Of a stretch of 64,000 nt of DNA, positions 23,621 to 32,466 are shown in pieces. Every line of letters begins with the position of its first letter. The first letter of the stretch is position 1. Below the pieces are notes generated by a model. It worked only from the letters and a program-made list of their open reading frames with translations. It was not told the origin of the DNA and made no database searches. The DNA lies in the IMG/VR virus record IMGVR_UViG_3300045988_131485, one strand, 5' to 3'. The translations under genes were made by a program, and so were the position numbers. The stretch is from a virus.

Positions 23621-25114
23621 ATGATTTCATACAGTCCTTTGCTCTGTTTGGACTTCTACAAGACTGCCCATGCAGAGCAGTACCCCGCAGCACTGACCAA
23701 GATGGTGTCTTATTACACCCCGCGCATGACACGGCTGGCTGATACCAAGAAGGTCACAATGTTCGGTCTTCAGGCATTTATCCAGGAGTATTTGATTGAG
23801 GCGTTCAATACTCACTTCTTTGATCGCTCATTGGATGAGGTGCTTGCCGAATACAAGCGGGTGCTGAATAACACCATCGGCACGGACGGCGTTGGTGTGG
23901 AGCGTTTGACGGCGCTTCATAAGTTGGGGTATCTGCCTCTGGAAATCCGGGCCGTGCCGGAAGGAACCCGTACCAGTATTCATGTTCCGCAAATTGAGAT
24001 CTCGAATACCAACCCCAACTTTGTGTGGTTGGTCAACTCTATCGAAACAATGCTGTCATGTACCATGTGGCATACTCAGATTTCAGCGGAAGTTGGATAT
24101 CGTTACCGGCAGATCGTCAATAAGTACGCTGCCCTTACCTGTGACGATGATGTGGTACGGGCCAAGCTGCTGGGCGACTTTTCCATGCGTGGTCAGGAAA
24201 GCGTGGAGAGCGCCACCAAGAGTTCTGCTGCGTTCTGCCTGAGCTTCCTTAATACCGCTACAGTGCCGGCTATTCTTTGGCTGGAACACAACTACGCCTG
24301 CCGGGTGGAGAATGACGCAGTAGCTTATGGTGCTCTTTCTACTGAGCACAGTGTTATGTGCTCCAACTATGCGGTTGACGGCGATGAGATTACGCACGTG
24401 CGGCGTCTGCTGAAAGAAATCTATCCGTACCAAAACTTCTCTATGGTCAGTGACAGCTATGACTATTGGAACCTGGTCAATAATATTCTCCCCGCAATTA
24501 AAGAGGATGTGATGGAGCACCATGGATGTCTTGCTATTCGCGGCGACAGCGGCAACCCCGTGGAGATTGTAACCGAGACGGTGTTCAAACTGTGGGAAAT
24601 TTTTGGTGGTACCGTGAATAGCAAGGGTTACAAAGTTCTTGATCCACACGTCAAGGCATTGTATGGCGATAGCATTACCCCGCAGCGGTGCGAGGCAGTG
24701 TATAAGATCCTGATGGAGCATGGCTTCGCTATCAACAATGTTTCTCTGGGTGTCGGTTCTTTCTCTATGCAGTGTCTGGAGACGATGGACGGCGGTGAAA
24801 AGACTTATGCGCCGTATACCCGTGATACATTTGGTATCGCAGTCAAAGCGACCTATGCAGAAGATGCTGACGGAAAGCCCATCATGATTTTTAAGAACCC
24901 CAAGACAGATAGCGGACATTTCAAGAAGTCTCAGCGCGGCTGCTGTAAGGTTGTATATGACTATACGTACCACAACTTCTTCTGTCAGGACGGTTTGACT
25001 TGGGAGGTGTCGCAGGCTGGGAACTGGCTTCAGCCAGTTTTCAAGGATGGAAAGCTCCTGAGAATTTATACCCTGGATGAGGTTCGCAAGAATCTTCATG
25101 AGGGAAACTTTTGA
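23621..25114 (+). CDS. nicotinamide phosphoribosyltransferase family protein (NadV/NAMPT or Namat-like)
   Basis: CLDFYKTAHAEQYP, DFSMRGQES, STEHSVM, SDSYDYW, IRGDSGNP and LYGDSIT are NAMPT family blocks. Confidence 0.8.
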   Translation: MISYSPLLCLDFYKTAHAEQYPAALTKMVSYYTPRMTRLADTKKVTMFGLQAFIQEYLIEAFNTHFFDRSLDEVLAEYKRVLNNTIGTDGVGVERLTALHKLGYLPLEIRAVPEGTRTSIHVPQIEISNTNPNFVWLVNSIETMLSCTMWHTQISAEVGYRYRQIVNKYAALTCDDDVVRAKLLGDFSMRGQESVESATKSSAAFCLSFLNTATVPAILWLEHNYACRVENDAVAYGALSTEHSVMCSNYAVDGDEITHVRRLLKEIYPYQNFSMVSDSYDYWNLVNNILPAIKEDVMEHHGCLAIRGDSGNPVEIVTETVFKLWEIFGGTVNSKGYKVLDPHVKALYGDSITPQRCEAVYKILMEHGFAINNVSLGVGSFSMQCLETMDGGEKTYAPYTRDTFGIAVKATYAEDADGKPIMIFKNPKTDSGHFKKSQRGCCKVVYDYTYHNFFCQDGLTWEVSQAGNWLQPVFKDGKLLRIYTLDEVRKNLHEGNF

Positions 25115-25130
25115 GAAAAGAGGTGCCACA

Positions 25131-25874
25131 ATGTTAGCTAACCCAAAGCGTACTAAGGATGAGATTGTCCAGTGGATTCGTTCCTACTTTGAAAGTAACG
25201 GCCCTGGCTGCGATGCGGTGGTCGGTATTTCTGGTGGTAAAGATTCCAGCGTTGTCGCCGCTCTTTGCGTAGAGGCACTGGGCAAAGAGCGTGTAGTGGG
25301 TGTTATGATGCCGAATGGAGAACAGCCCGATCTGGACGATAGCAAGCAGCTGATCGAATTTCTGGGTATCAGATACGCCTATACCGATATCTCCAAAGCA
25401 GTGTCTGCGGTAAGTGATCAAGTAGCGCTCAATATGAACGTCAGCGATCAGACGAGGATAAACCTCCCTCCCCGTATCCGTATGGCGACCCTCTATGCTA
25501 TTTCTCAGTCGTTGCCTCACGGCGGACGTGTTGCTAATACCTGCAACCGCTCTGAAGACTATGTGGGATACTCTACCAAGTTTGGCGATAGCGCCGGCGA
25601 TTTTAGCCCGCTCGCTAATCTGATGGTGCATGAAGTCATCCAGATTGGGTACGAGCTTCTTCTGCCTATCAACCTGATAAGCAAGACCCCTTCCGATGGG
25701 CTGTGTGGAAAAACTGATGAGGATAATCTTGGATTTACCTATGCTCACCTGGATGCTTACATCATGTATGGCACCAGTGGAATTGAGGAAATCGACAAGA
25801 AGATTGCCTCTATGCACGATCACAACCTTCACAAGCTCAATTCTATGCCTGCCTACGGAACGACAATTTTTTAA
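25131..25874 (+). CDS. nadE: NH3-dependent NAD+ synthetase
   Basis: PP-loop VVGISGGKDSSVVAAL. NadE-like length (247 aa). ATG lies after AGAGGTG. Confidence 0.8.
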   Translation: MLANPKRTKDEIVQWIRSYFESNGPGCDAVVGISGGKDSSVVAALCVEALGKERVVGVMMPNGEQPDLDDSKQLIEFLGIRYAYTDISKAVSAVSDQVALNMNVSDQTRINLPPRIRMATLYAISQSLPHGGRVANTCNRSEDYVGYSTKFGDSAGDFSPLANLMVHEVIQIGYELLLPINLISKTPSDGLCGKTDEDNLGFTYAHLDAYIMYGTSGIEEIDKKIASMHDHNLHKLNSMPAYGTTIF

Positions 25875-25888
25875 TAGGCGGTGAGAAA

Positions 25889-26494
25889 ATGGAAGAGCGT
25901 ACTTATTTGAGCGGCACCAGTTTGGCCGGTATGTCCCCTACCCGCTCTCGTGTGGAGAACGACTACTATGCTACTCCGTTCGAGGCGACAGAAGCCATCC
26001 TTAGCCGAGAAGAGCTGCACGGCTCCATTTTGGAGCCTGCGGCTGGTGAAGGGCATATCAGTAAGGTGCTTCGGGAACATTATCCCAACAGTCAAATTAT
26101 CTCTACTGATATGGTTCAGAGAGATGATAGGTTCGGATGTGGTATTGTTGGCGGGGTGGATTTCCTCACTGAGAACTATCCCGAAAAATTCAACAACGTC
26201 ATCACGAACCCTCCGTTCTCTTTGGCGAAAGAGTTCGCTGAGAAAGCTCTGGAGGTATCCACTGGCAAGGTGATCCTGTTCGCCAAGATCCAGTTTCTCG
26301 AAGGACGGCAACGTAAGGATTTCTTTGCCACCCACCCTCCGAAAGCCGTGTATGTATTTTCAAAACGTGTCAATCCTTTGAGAAACGGATTGGAAGTTGA
26401 CGAAAATGGTAAGCCCTGGTCAAGTACCATGTGCTTCGCTTGGTTCGTATGGGAACATGGCTATACCGGCGAACCTTGCATTCGTTGGATTTAA
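25889..26494 (+). CDS. N6-adenine DNA methyltransferase
   Basis: YYATPFEATEAIL, AdoMet loop ILEPAAGEGHI, and motif IV ITNPPFS. Confidence 0.8.
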   Translation: MEERTYLSGTSLAGMSPTRSRVENDYYATPFEATEAILSREELHGSILEPAAGEGHISKVLREHYPNSQIISTDMVQRDDRFGCGIVGGVDFLTENYPEKFNNVITNPPFSLAKEFAEKALEVSTGKVILFAKIQFLEGRQRKDFFATHPPKAVYVFSKRVNPLRNGLEVDENGKPWSSTMCFAWFVWEHGYTGEPCIRWI

Positions 26495-26495
26495 T

Positions 26496-26511
26496 TTGCA
26501 ACAAAGTAAAT
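26496..26511 (+). repeat. junction motif copy (TTGCAACAAAGTAAAT)
   Basis: Starts 2 nt after the TAA stop of 25889..26494 and precedes the RBS AAGAGGTG. Confidence 0.6.
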
Positions 26512-26525
26512 CAAGAGGTGCAGCT

Positions 26526-27052
26526 ATGAAGATGGATAAGGTTGCCGGCAGTGGCAACGACGAGTTCTATACACCGGAGTATGCGATTGCCCCGTTGTAC
26601 AAGTATCTTCCACCCCCCCCGTGACAATTTGGTGTCCGTTTGACACTGAGGATAGTCTGTTTGTAAAGCTCTTTCGGCAACGCGGCTATACCGTTATCGC
26701 AACACATATTGCAAACGGTCAGGATTTTTTCGCTATTGACCCACCGAAGTGTGACTACATCATCAGTAATCCTCCGTATTCCCTCAAAGGCGAAGTGTTT
26801 GAGCGACTATTCCAGTTGAATATACCCTTTGCTATGTTGGTAGGGGTCGTCGGACTTTTCGAGAGTCAGAAACGCTTTAAGATGTTCCGTGAGCATGATT
26901 TTGAAATCATGTATCTCAATCGGCGTGTATCTTACTTTAAGAACTACGCCGACCAAAAGCCGTCTCTAAACCCGCCTTTCAGTAGTGTCTATGTATGCAA
27001 AGGAATGTTACCAAAGCAGATTATCTTTGAAGAAATTCAAAAAACCTCATAA
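26526..27052 (+). CDS. N6-adenine DNA methyltransferase; reading frame broken at a C8 tract (26613-26620)
   Basis: MKMDKVAGSGNDEFYTPEYAI..YLPPPP, then after the C-run in another frame TIWCPFDTEDS.. with motif IV ISNPPYS. C9 or C6 would fuse the two parts. Confidence 0.75.
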
Positions 27053-27068
27053 TAGCAACAAAGAAAAT
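27053..27068 (+). repeat. junction motif copy (TAGCAACAAAGAAAAT)
   Basis: Directly after the stop codon. Its 3' extension (..aaaattaTTGACT) runs directly into the -35 of the next promoter. Confidence 0.6.
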
Positions 27069-27070
27069 TA

Positions 27071-27099
27071 TTGACTTTATGGAGACAGTATGATAGAAT
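27071..27099 (+). promoter_or_regulatory. sigma-A-type promoter with extended -10
   Basis: TTGACT (27071-27076), 17-nt spacer ending TGA, TAGAAT (27094-27099). Confidence 0.65.
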
Positions 27100-27142
27100 A
27101 AAAGCAGTTCGAGGGAGATTGTAAATCCCTCAACCTTCCGTT

Positions 27143-27158
27143 TAGCAACAAAGAAAAC
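27143..27158 (+). repeat. junction motif copy (TAGCAACAAAGAAAAC) in the leader of the C5-methyltransferase gene
   Basis: About 40 nt downstream of the -10 and followed by AAAGGAGG. Confidence 0.6.
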
Positions 27159-27177
27159 CAACAAAGGAGGAACTAAT

Positions 27178-28055
27178 TTGGATTACCAAACTGCCCTTTT
27201 CTGCGAGTTCGATCGTTACGCCGCAGAAAGCTATTGCGCCGTTCATGGTGTTGATCCCACCCTTAACATCGGAGATATTACCAAAGCCGATGAGAAGGCT
27301 GTGCCGGATTTCAATGTCATGTTCGGTGGAAGTCCGTGTCAGGATTTCAGCATAGCAGGCAAACAGGGGGGGGCTGCATGGACTTGTAAGCATTGCGGCC
27401 ACGTATATAATCCCCTGGAAGCTCACTATGATCAACGCGACCATTGCCCTAAGTGCGGATCAACTGAAATCGAGAAGACTCGCTCTTCCTTACTGGTCGA
27501 ATGGCTGCGTTTCCTAAGAGAAAAGAAGCCTCGCTTCGCTATCTACGAGAACGTTAAAAATATTACCGGTTCTCGCTTCTATGCCACTTTTAACCTCTTT
27601 GTCAAAGAGCTGGAAGACTACGGTTACAACGTCTACTGGCAGGTTCTGAATGCAAAACACTACGGAATCCCCCAGAATCGTGAGCGTGTTTACTGTGTCA
27701 TCATTCGTAAGGATTTAGATAATGGGAAGTTTAAGTTCCCGTCTCCTATCCCTTTGAAAAAAGCGCTGGTAGATATGCTGGAGGATAAGGTTGACGAGCG
27801 ATACTACCTGCCTGATGACAAGGTAGCTGCCATGATAACCCCCCCCGTTCAGACAAATCAGTAACACCGTCCGCACCAGCGGAAGAGGTTCCACAGACCA
27901 CCACTGCTGGGACTTGCTCACTTGCCGGTGTGAAGCTGAGTAAGAAAGGCACCCAGTTTGAAGGATACTGTGAGACGGCCTTGACTTTGCTGGCCCGTGA
28001 CTATAAGGGCTTTGGAAATCAGCAAATGACAGGAGTTATGGAGCATAATGAGTAA
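27178..28055 (+). CDS. dcm: DNA cytosine-5 methyltransferase, part 1 (motifs II-VIII plus first TRD block); no motif I; frame broken at a C8 tract (27839-27846)
   Basis: TTG start. FCEFDRYAAESY (II), GGSPCQDFSIAGKQ (IV), FAIYENVKNI (VI), QNRERVY (VIII). After the C-run in the other frame comes ..TLLARDYKG... CxxC..CxxC insert between motifs IV and V. Confidence 0.75.
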
Positions 28056-28967
28056 GCGATATATTATCCCCGCTGCAATTCGTGGAAGATATGCGGGGGG
28101 GGTAAGATAATACAGCGTTTGGAAGTTCGCCCTAATATGTGTACCAACACTTTGACGGGTGTTCAAAAAGACAATGTATTGATTGAGATAGATGAAAGCG
28201 AGGAAGCTAATGTGAAAATCGTATGTGAGCGTCGATGCGATGAAGGTGTGCGTTTTTTCAAAGATAATGTCTGCGGCACTATTCGCACCATTGATGGGGG
28301 GGGGGACAAGAGAGTGATTGAAAGAAGTCCTACGTCAGAAGATAAAATCACAATGATTGGCGGCTTACAAAAGCACCAGACTCCAAGAAACGATGGTATT
28401 TGCCCATGCATAAATAGTGCCGCTGGTATGGGCGGCGGACAAACACCTATCGCAATACGCCCGAGTTTTCGTGTCCGTAAACTTACGCAAAAAGAGTGTT
28501 GGCGTTTAATGGGTTTCCAAGATCAGGACTTTGAACGTGCCAAATCCGCCATGAACGAAAATATCTATGGTGGAGCAGATAGGAGCGGGTCACAGCTTTA
28601 CAAGCAGGCTGGAAACTCTATCGTGGTAGACGTTCTCTGTGCCATTTTGGATGAACTTCACAGTGCTATGCCGTATCTCTTTGAAGATATGACTGTTGGT
28701 TCTTTCTTTTCCGGTATCGGAGCATTTGAAAAAGCACTGTCTACTTTTGATATTACCGATGTTAGCGACAAAGTAAATTATTCTGATAAGAATGATGAAC
28801 TGAAGCAGCTCGGATATATCAATGATTACAATGGAGACGCCAATCGTGTATATGATGGCGAAACCATTGCACGTGCTTTGAAAGCCGAAGCGGGAGGGGG
28901 CGGAGCCAAGACTGGATGGTATGCTCTGAGAAGCCCGGAGGTTGACCATGGAGAAAGTCAGAATTAA
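28048..28967 (+). CDS. dcm: DNA cytosine-5 methyltransferase, part 2 (several TRD-like blocks, motifs IX and X, then motif I); frame broken at a G8 tract (28095-28102)
   Basis: MSKRYIIPAAIRGRYAGG / KIIQRLEVRPNMCTNTLTGVQKDN. RKLTQKECWRLMGFQD (IX), QAGNSIVVDVL (X), then MTVGSFFSGIGAFEKAL (I) in frame. In-frame G10 tract at 28296. Confidence 0.7.
28763..28778 (+). repeat. junction motif copy (TAGCGACAAAGTAAAT) inside the ORF, immediately after the displaced motif-I segment
   Basis: ..FDITD|VSDKVNY.. Followed by ATTATTCTG, as in the copies at 10925 and 51723. Confidence 0.65.
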
Positions 28968-29163
28968 GCAGGCCACCCAAAAAGGTTATATCGAGTGTGC
29001 TGTGGGGGGGGTAGCGGATTTATCTTACCCGTCCAGTAAAACTCGAAGAGGTCGAGTCCAGGAAGGTGGTTGGATTTGTCCAACTATCACTGCAACAGAA
29101 ACCGGCATTTGTCGGATAGAAAGAGGTGATTCATATGAGCATTGCGTTGAGAAACCGCCGTGA
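28942..29163 (+). CDS. C5-methyltransferase TRD-like fragment (73 aa)
   Basis: KVRIKQATQKGYIECAVGGVADLSYPSSKTRRGRV resembles TRD blocks of phage C5-methyltransferases. No catalytic motifs. In-frame G8 tract at 28994. Confidence 0.4.
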   Translation: MTMEKVRIKQATQKGYIECAVGGVADLSYPSSKTRRGRVQEGGWICPTITATETGICRIERGDSYEHCVEKPP

Positions 29164-29422
29164 AGCATATGACCAGATCGAACCGAAGCGTCCTAATCGT
29201 AAGGCTATGATTTTGGATATTCTGACCAGCGGTGATCCTGGCGGTATGACTGCTGATGAGATTGGCGAGAAGCTGGTCTCTGAGGGCAAAATCCCCACCA
29301 ACAGTCCGAACTTCACACGGCCTCGTCTGACAGAGATGAAAGCCGAGGGCAAGGTTGTGATCGTCGGCAGACGTCTTGGCAAGTCTGGGTGCAATACGGC
29401 AGTCTGGAAGGTGAAGCGCTGA
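29135..29422 (+). CDS. small winged-helix DNA-binding protein (95 aa)
   Basis: ATG after AGAGGTG. ILDILTSG..MTADEIGEKL..RPRLTEMKAEGKVV is a wHTH-like pattern. Confidence 0.5.
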   Translation: MSIALRNRREAYDQIEPKRPNRKAMILDILTSGDPGGMTADEIGEKLVSEGKIPTNSPNFTRPRLTEMKAEGKVVIVGRRLGKSGCNTAVWKVKR

Positions 29423-29682
29423 TGTATGGTGAATACACCTGTCTGGACTGTGGCAAAACCTTTGACGATCCGAAGCGATGGGAAGAACGCCATGGGTTAG
29501 ATTCTCCGCCCTATGAGGATTTCAGCGGTTGTCCTTACTGTGGCGGAGCCTATGCCCGTACTATCCTTTGCGATGCCTGCGGAGAACCGATAGTCGGCGA
29601 TTATGTCAAAATCCAAACAACTGGCGACTGCTATTGTGATGAATGCTTCATGATGAAATCGCTGGGCGAAGATGATCCATGA
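29422..29682 (+). CDS. zinc-ribbon protein (86 aa)
   Basis: CLDCGK..CPYCGG..CDACGE..CYCDEC are four Cys pairs. ATGA-type overlap with the upstream gene. Confidence 0.55.
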   Translation: MYGEYTCLDCGKTFDDPKRWEERHGLDSPPYEDFSGCPYCGGAYARTILCDACGEPIVGDYVKIQTTGDCYCDECFMMKSLGEDDP

Positions 29683-29696
29683 GAAGAGGTCGTGAA

Positions 29697-30476
29697 ATGA
29701 AAACTTCAGTCAAACGGCGTGCGAAAAACTGCATACGGGGAGCGGTTTTATTGGCCTGTTTCATTGCCGTCTGGTATGTGGCCTCGTGCTTCACCCAACC
29801 GCTGTTTATCCCCGCCCCTGCTACCGTCTGGGAAGCAATCGTCGGGTTGGCAGAGACAGGCCAGTTGCAAAAAGGACTTGCCTACTCTTTCCTGCGGATT
29901 ACTGGTGCGTCTGCTCTTTCTATGCTGGTAGCAATTCCCCTCTCCCTTCTGATTTATGGCGTGAAGCCTATCAAGGAAACTATCATGCCGGTTGTTTCCT
30001 TCCTGCGGTATGTTCCCGTAACCGCATTTTCTCCGCTCCTGATCCTATGGTTTGGGATTGGGGAGCAGATGAAAATTTCGTTCCTATTTATTGCAACGTT
30101 TGTCTACTTGCTGCCGTCGATCCTGCTTTGCTTTAACGACGTACCGCAAGATCTGATGGATACGGGCAAGACAATCGGAATGACCAGTTGGGAGACAATC
30201 AAAGAAATCCTGCTCCCCGCATCGCTCCCTTCAATATTCAGTACGTTCCTTATGATGTATGGCATTGGCTGGACATACTGCGCCGTGGTAGAGGCAACCA
30301 ACGCTAAGTACGGCTTGGGCTTCATCATCAATGTAAGCTCCGCCAGAGGCCGTACCGCCGTGGTGTTCGGGGCAATCATCGTAATCATGTTGTTCAGCTT
30401 CGTTTTTGACAAGCTGGGGAACTTGCTGATCCGAAAGATATTCCAGTGGAGGTACTGCGATGATCAAGTTGAATGA
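29697..30476 (+). CDS. ABC transporter permease (NitT/TauT-type)
   Basis: Six hydrophobic segments. EAA-like loop DLMDTGKTIGMTSWETIKEILLPASLPSI. Confidence 0.8.
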   Translation: MKTSVKRRAKNCIRGAVLLACFIAVWYVASCFTQPLFIPAPATVWEAIVGLAETGQLQKGLAYSFLRITGASALSMLVAIPLSLLIYGVKPIKETIMPVVSFLRYVPVTAFSPLLILWFGIGEQMKISFLFIATFVYLLPSILLCFNDVPQDLMDTGKTIGMTSWETIKEILLPASLPSIFSTFLMMYGIGWTYCAVVEATNAKYGLGFIINVSSARGRTAVVFGAIIVIMLFSFVFDKLGNLLIRKIFQWRYCDDQVE

Positions 30477-31101
30477 TCTGGCTATTGGGTACAACGGCGA
30501 AGCAATTCTGGAGCACATCGACCAGGAATTTGACGACGGTTTGATTTACGGTATTTTGGCGAAGTCTGGTGCCGGTAAGACGACTCTCCTCAAAACCATC
30601 TCTGGCCTTCTTCACCCTGTTCATGGTGAGGTTATCATTGATGGCACTACCTATCGGAACGCCGACAAGAACCCTGTGTACATGATGCATCAGCGCTATT
30701 CCAACTTCGGATGGCTTTCCTGCACGGAGAATGTGCTGATTGCCCAACGGGACAAAAAACTCCGTAGCCGCGATGACGCTATCAAGGTACTTGCAGCGGT
30801 TGGGTTAGAGCAGTATGCAGATAAATGGCCGTCTCAGCTATCAGGTGGTATGCAACAGCGCCTTGCGTTGGCGAGAACACTGTATGTCAAGCCGAAATAC
30901 CTACTTATGGATGAACCGTTATCCGCTTTGGACGACAAAACCCGTAGCAAAATGCAGCGTTTGATTTTGGATGTCCATGCTGAGACAGGCAACACAATCA
31001 TTATGGTAACGCACAGCCAGGACGAGGCGTTCAAAATGTGCGATAAAATAATCAAATTTGAAACGAGAGGAGCTGTAACAAACCATGGCAGGTTTATTTG
31101 A
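30460..31101 (+). CDS. ABC transporter ATP-binding protein
   Basis: Walker A AKSGAGKTT, signature LSGGMQQR, Walker B LLMDEPLSALD, H-loop VTHS. Confidence 0.85.
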   Translation: MIKLNDLAIGYNGEAILEHIDQEFDDGLIYGILAKSGAGKTTLLKTISGLLHPVHGEVIIDGTTYRNADKNPVYMMHQRYSNFGWLSCTENVLIAQRDKKLRSRDDAIKVLAAVGLEQYADKWPSQLSGGMQQRLALARTLYVKPKYLLMDEPLSALDDKTRSKMQRLILDVHAETGNTIIMVTHSQDEAFKMCDKIIKFETRGAVTNHGRFI

Positions 31102-31645
31102 ACGCATGGGACTGGTTCGTACCGAATACGAAGGTATGCCTGAAATCCCTATGCAACCCGTATTCGAGCCTATGTACGCGCCTGAGACGCCGGTAATTGA
31201 CGCTACTCAGGTGTCCTATGATGATGTGATCGCATCCATCTATCAGCAGGGCGATATCGACGACGAGAACTCGATCTTCAAGATCAAAGCGTATATCGAC
31301 ATTCTGCCCCAGGATATGACTAAGGCCAAGAAACAGGCGTCCATCGCCGGCATTCTCAGCGTCAACGGGATCAATGTGGATGATCTCATTGAGGACGGTC
31401 TGAAGCGTGGTCGCGCCTTGGACGCTGCCGAGGATAGTATTAGGGCGGAAAACGATGCGCTGATCGCTGAGACCGAGGCGGATATCGAACATCTGAAGTC
31501 CCTGATCGAGCAGGCGGAAGCCAGAATTGAGGACTCCAAACAAAAGACCTCTGATTCCAGCGCCGCCATCCAGAAGGAAAAAGAAGCTATCAGTCAACTC
31601 TTGGAGTTTGCGAACGGCGTTGCCGGTAAGGAAGGAGCACAGTAA
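31085..31645 (+). CDS. hypothetical acidic coiled-coil protein (186 aa)
   Basis: ORF overlaps the ATPase gene end. The C-terminal half is heptad-like and acidic. Confidence 0.55.
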   Translation: MAGLFERMGLVRTEYEGMPEIPMQPVFEPMYAPETPVIDATQVSYDDVIASIYQQGDIDDENSIFKIKAYIDILPQDMTKAKKQASIAGILSVNGINVDDLIEDGLKRGRALDAAEDSIRAENDALIAETEADIEHLKSLIEQAEARIEDSKQKTSDSSAAIQKEKEAISQLLEFANGVAGKEGAQ

Positions 31646-32460
31646 TGGGCATTGTGATTGGAGCGGTAGCGGTTGTATTTATGCTCGCCCTGATCATCTT
31701 CCCCGGTGTCCGGGGTAAGCTGAAAGTCCTCGTTGGAGGGTTCCTCAACATCTTCGTGGAGGATATCGCCAAGACACCCGAGGGTGCAAAGGCTGTTTTC
31801 CAGCAAGCCATTGAGGAAGTGCAGGAGCGTTACAACAAGGCTGGTGACACCCTGAATCGGTTTGTGGGCGAGCAATCCTCCGTCCAGAAGAACCTCAACA
31901 AGCTATATGGAGAACTGAAGGACGTTGAATCAAAGTGTGAGTCTCTGGTCAGATCTGGCAATATGGCCGATGCTGCCATTTTTTCAACCAGGCGTGAGGA
32001 AATCCTGTTTGAAATCTCCCAGAAAGAGGGATACCTGCGAGAGATTGAACCTATGGTAAAAGAGGCTCAGACCGTTTATGAAGCGTACGACAAGAAGCTC
32101 CGCGAGCTGAAAAAGCAGAGCCGTATGACTGTCGAGGAAATGAAACTCCGTGGCAACATGAAGGATCTCTTGGGCGATCTGGACGAGCTGCGCCGGGACT
32201 CTGCTACTGATAAGCTCTTGGGCAGTGTCCGGGACGGAGCGGAGGATCTTCGCAAAGAGGTTGATGGTGCGATTGTCGTTCATGCAAGCCGTACCACCAC
32301 CAAAATGTCAATGGCTGAGAAAAATGCGGCGAAAGCTCAGTCGGATGCTTATCTGCAGTCTCTCGCCACAAAGTATAACGGGAAGCCGGCTATTCAGGCT
32401 TCACGGTCTGGCGTCACCTTCGACGCTCCTAAATCCAAAGTGAAAGAGGAAAGGAAGTAA
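31645..32460 (+). CDS. PspA/IM30-family (ESCRT-III-like) protein with an N-terminal transmembrane segment
   Basis: TM segment GIVIGAVAVVFMLALIIF, then a PspA-like coiled coil (AKAVFQQAIEEVQERYNKAGDTLNRF.., EEMKLRGNMKDLL). Confidence 0.65.
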   Translation: MGIVIGAVAVVFMLALIIFPGVRGKLKVLVGGFLNIFVEDIAKTPEGAKAVFQQAIEEVQERYNKAGDTLNRFVGEQSSVQKNLNKLYGELKDVESKCESLVRSGNMADAAIFSTRREEILFEISQKEGYLREIEPMVKEAQTVYEAYDKKLRELKKQSRMTVEEMKLRGNMKDLLGDLDELRRDSATDKLLGSVRDGAEDLRKEVDGAIVVHASRTTTKMSMAEKNAAKAQSDAYLQSLATKYNGKPAIQASRSGVTFDAPKSKVKEERK

Positions 32461-32466
32461 CTTACC

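Noticed and set aside
22787-25114. Reading the Prs-like and NAMPT-like pair as plain PRPP synthetase plus NadV salvage (NARP2-type)
   Set aside because: This is not rejected outright but considered less likely. No NMN adenylyltransferase is visible in these 64 kb, and the pair is directly adjacent, as in NARP1. The decisive test is biochemical, or a search of the rest of the genome.
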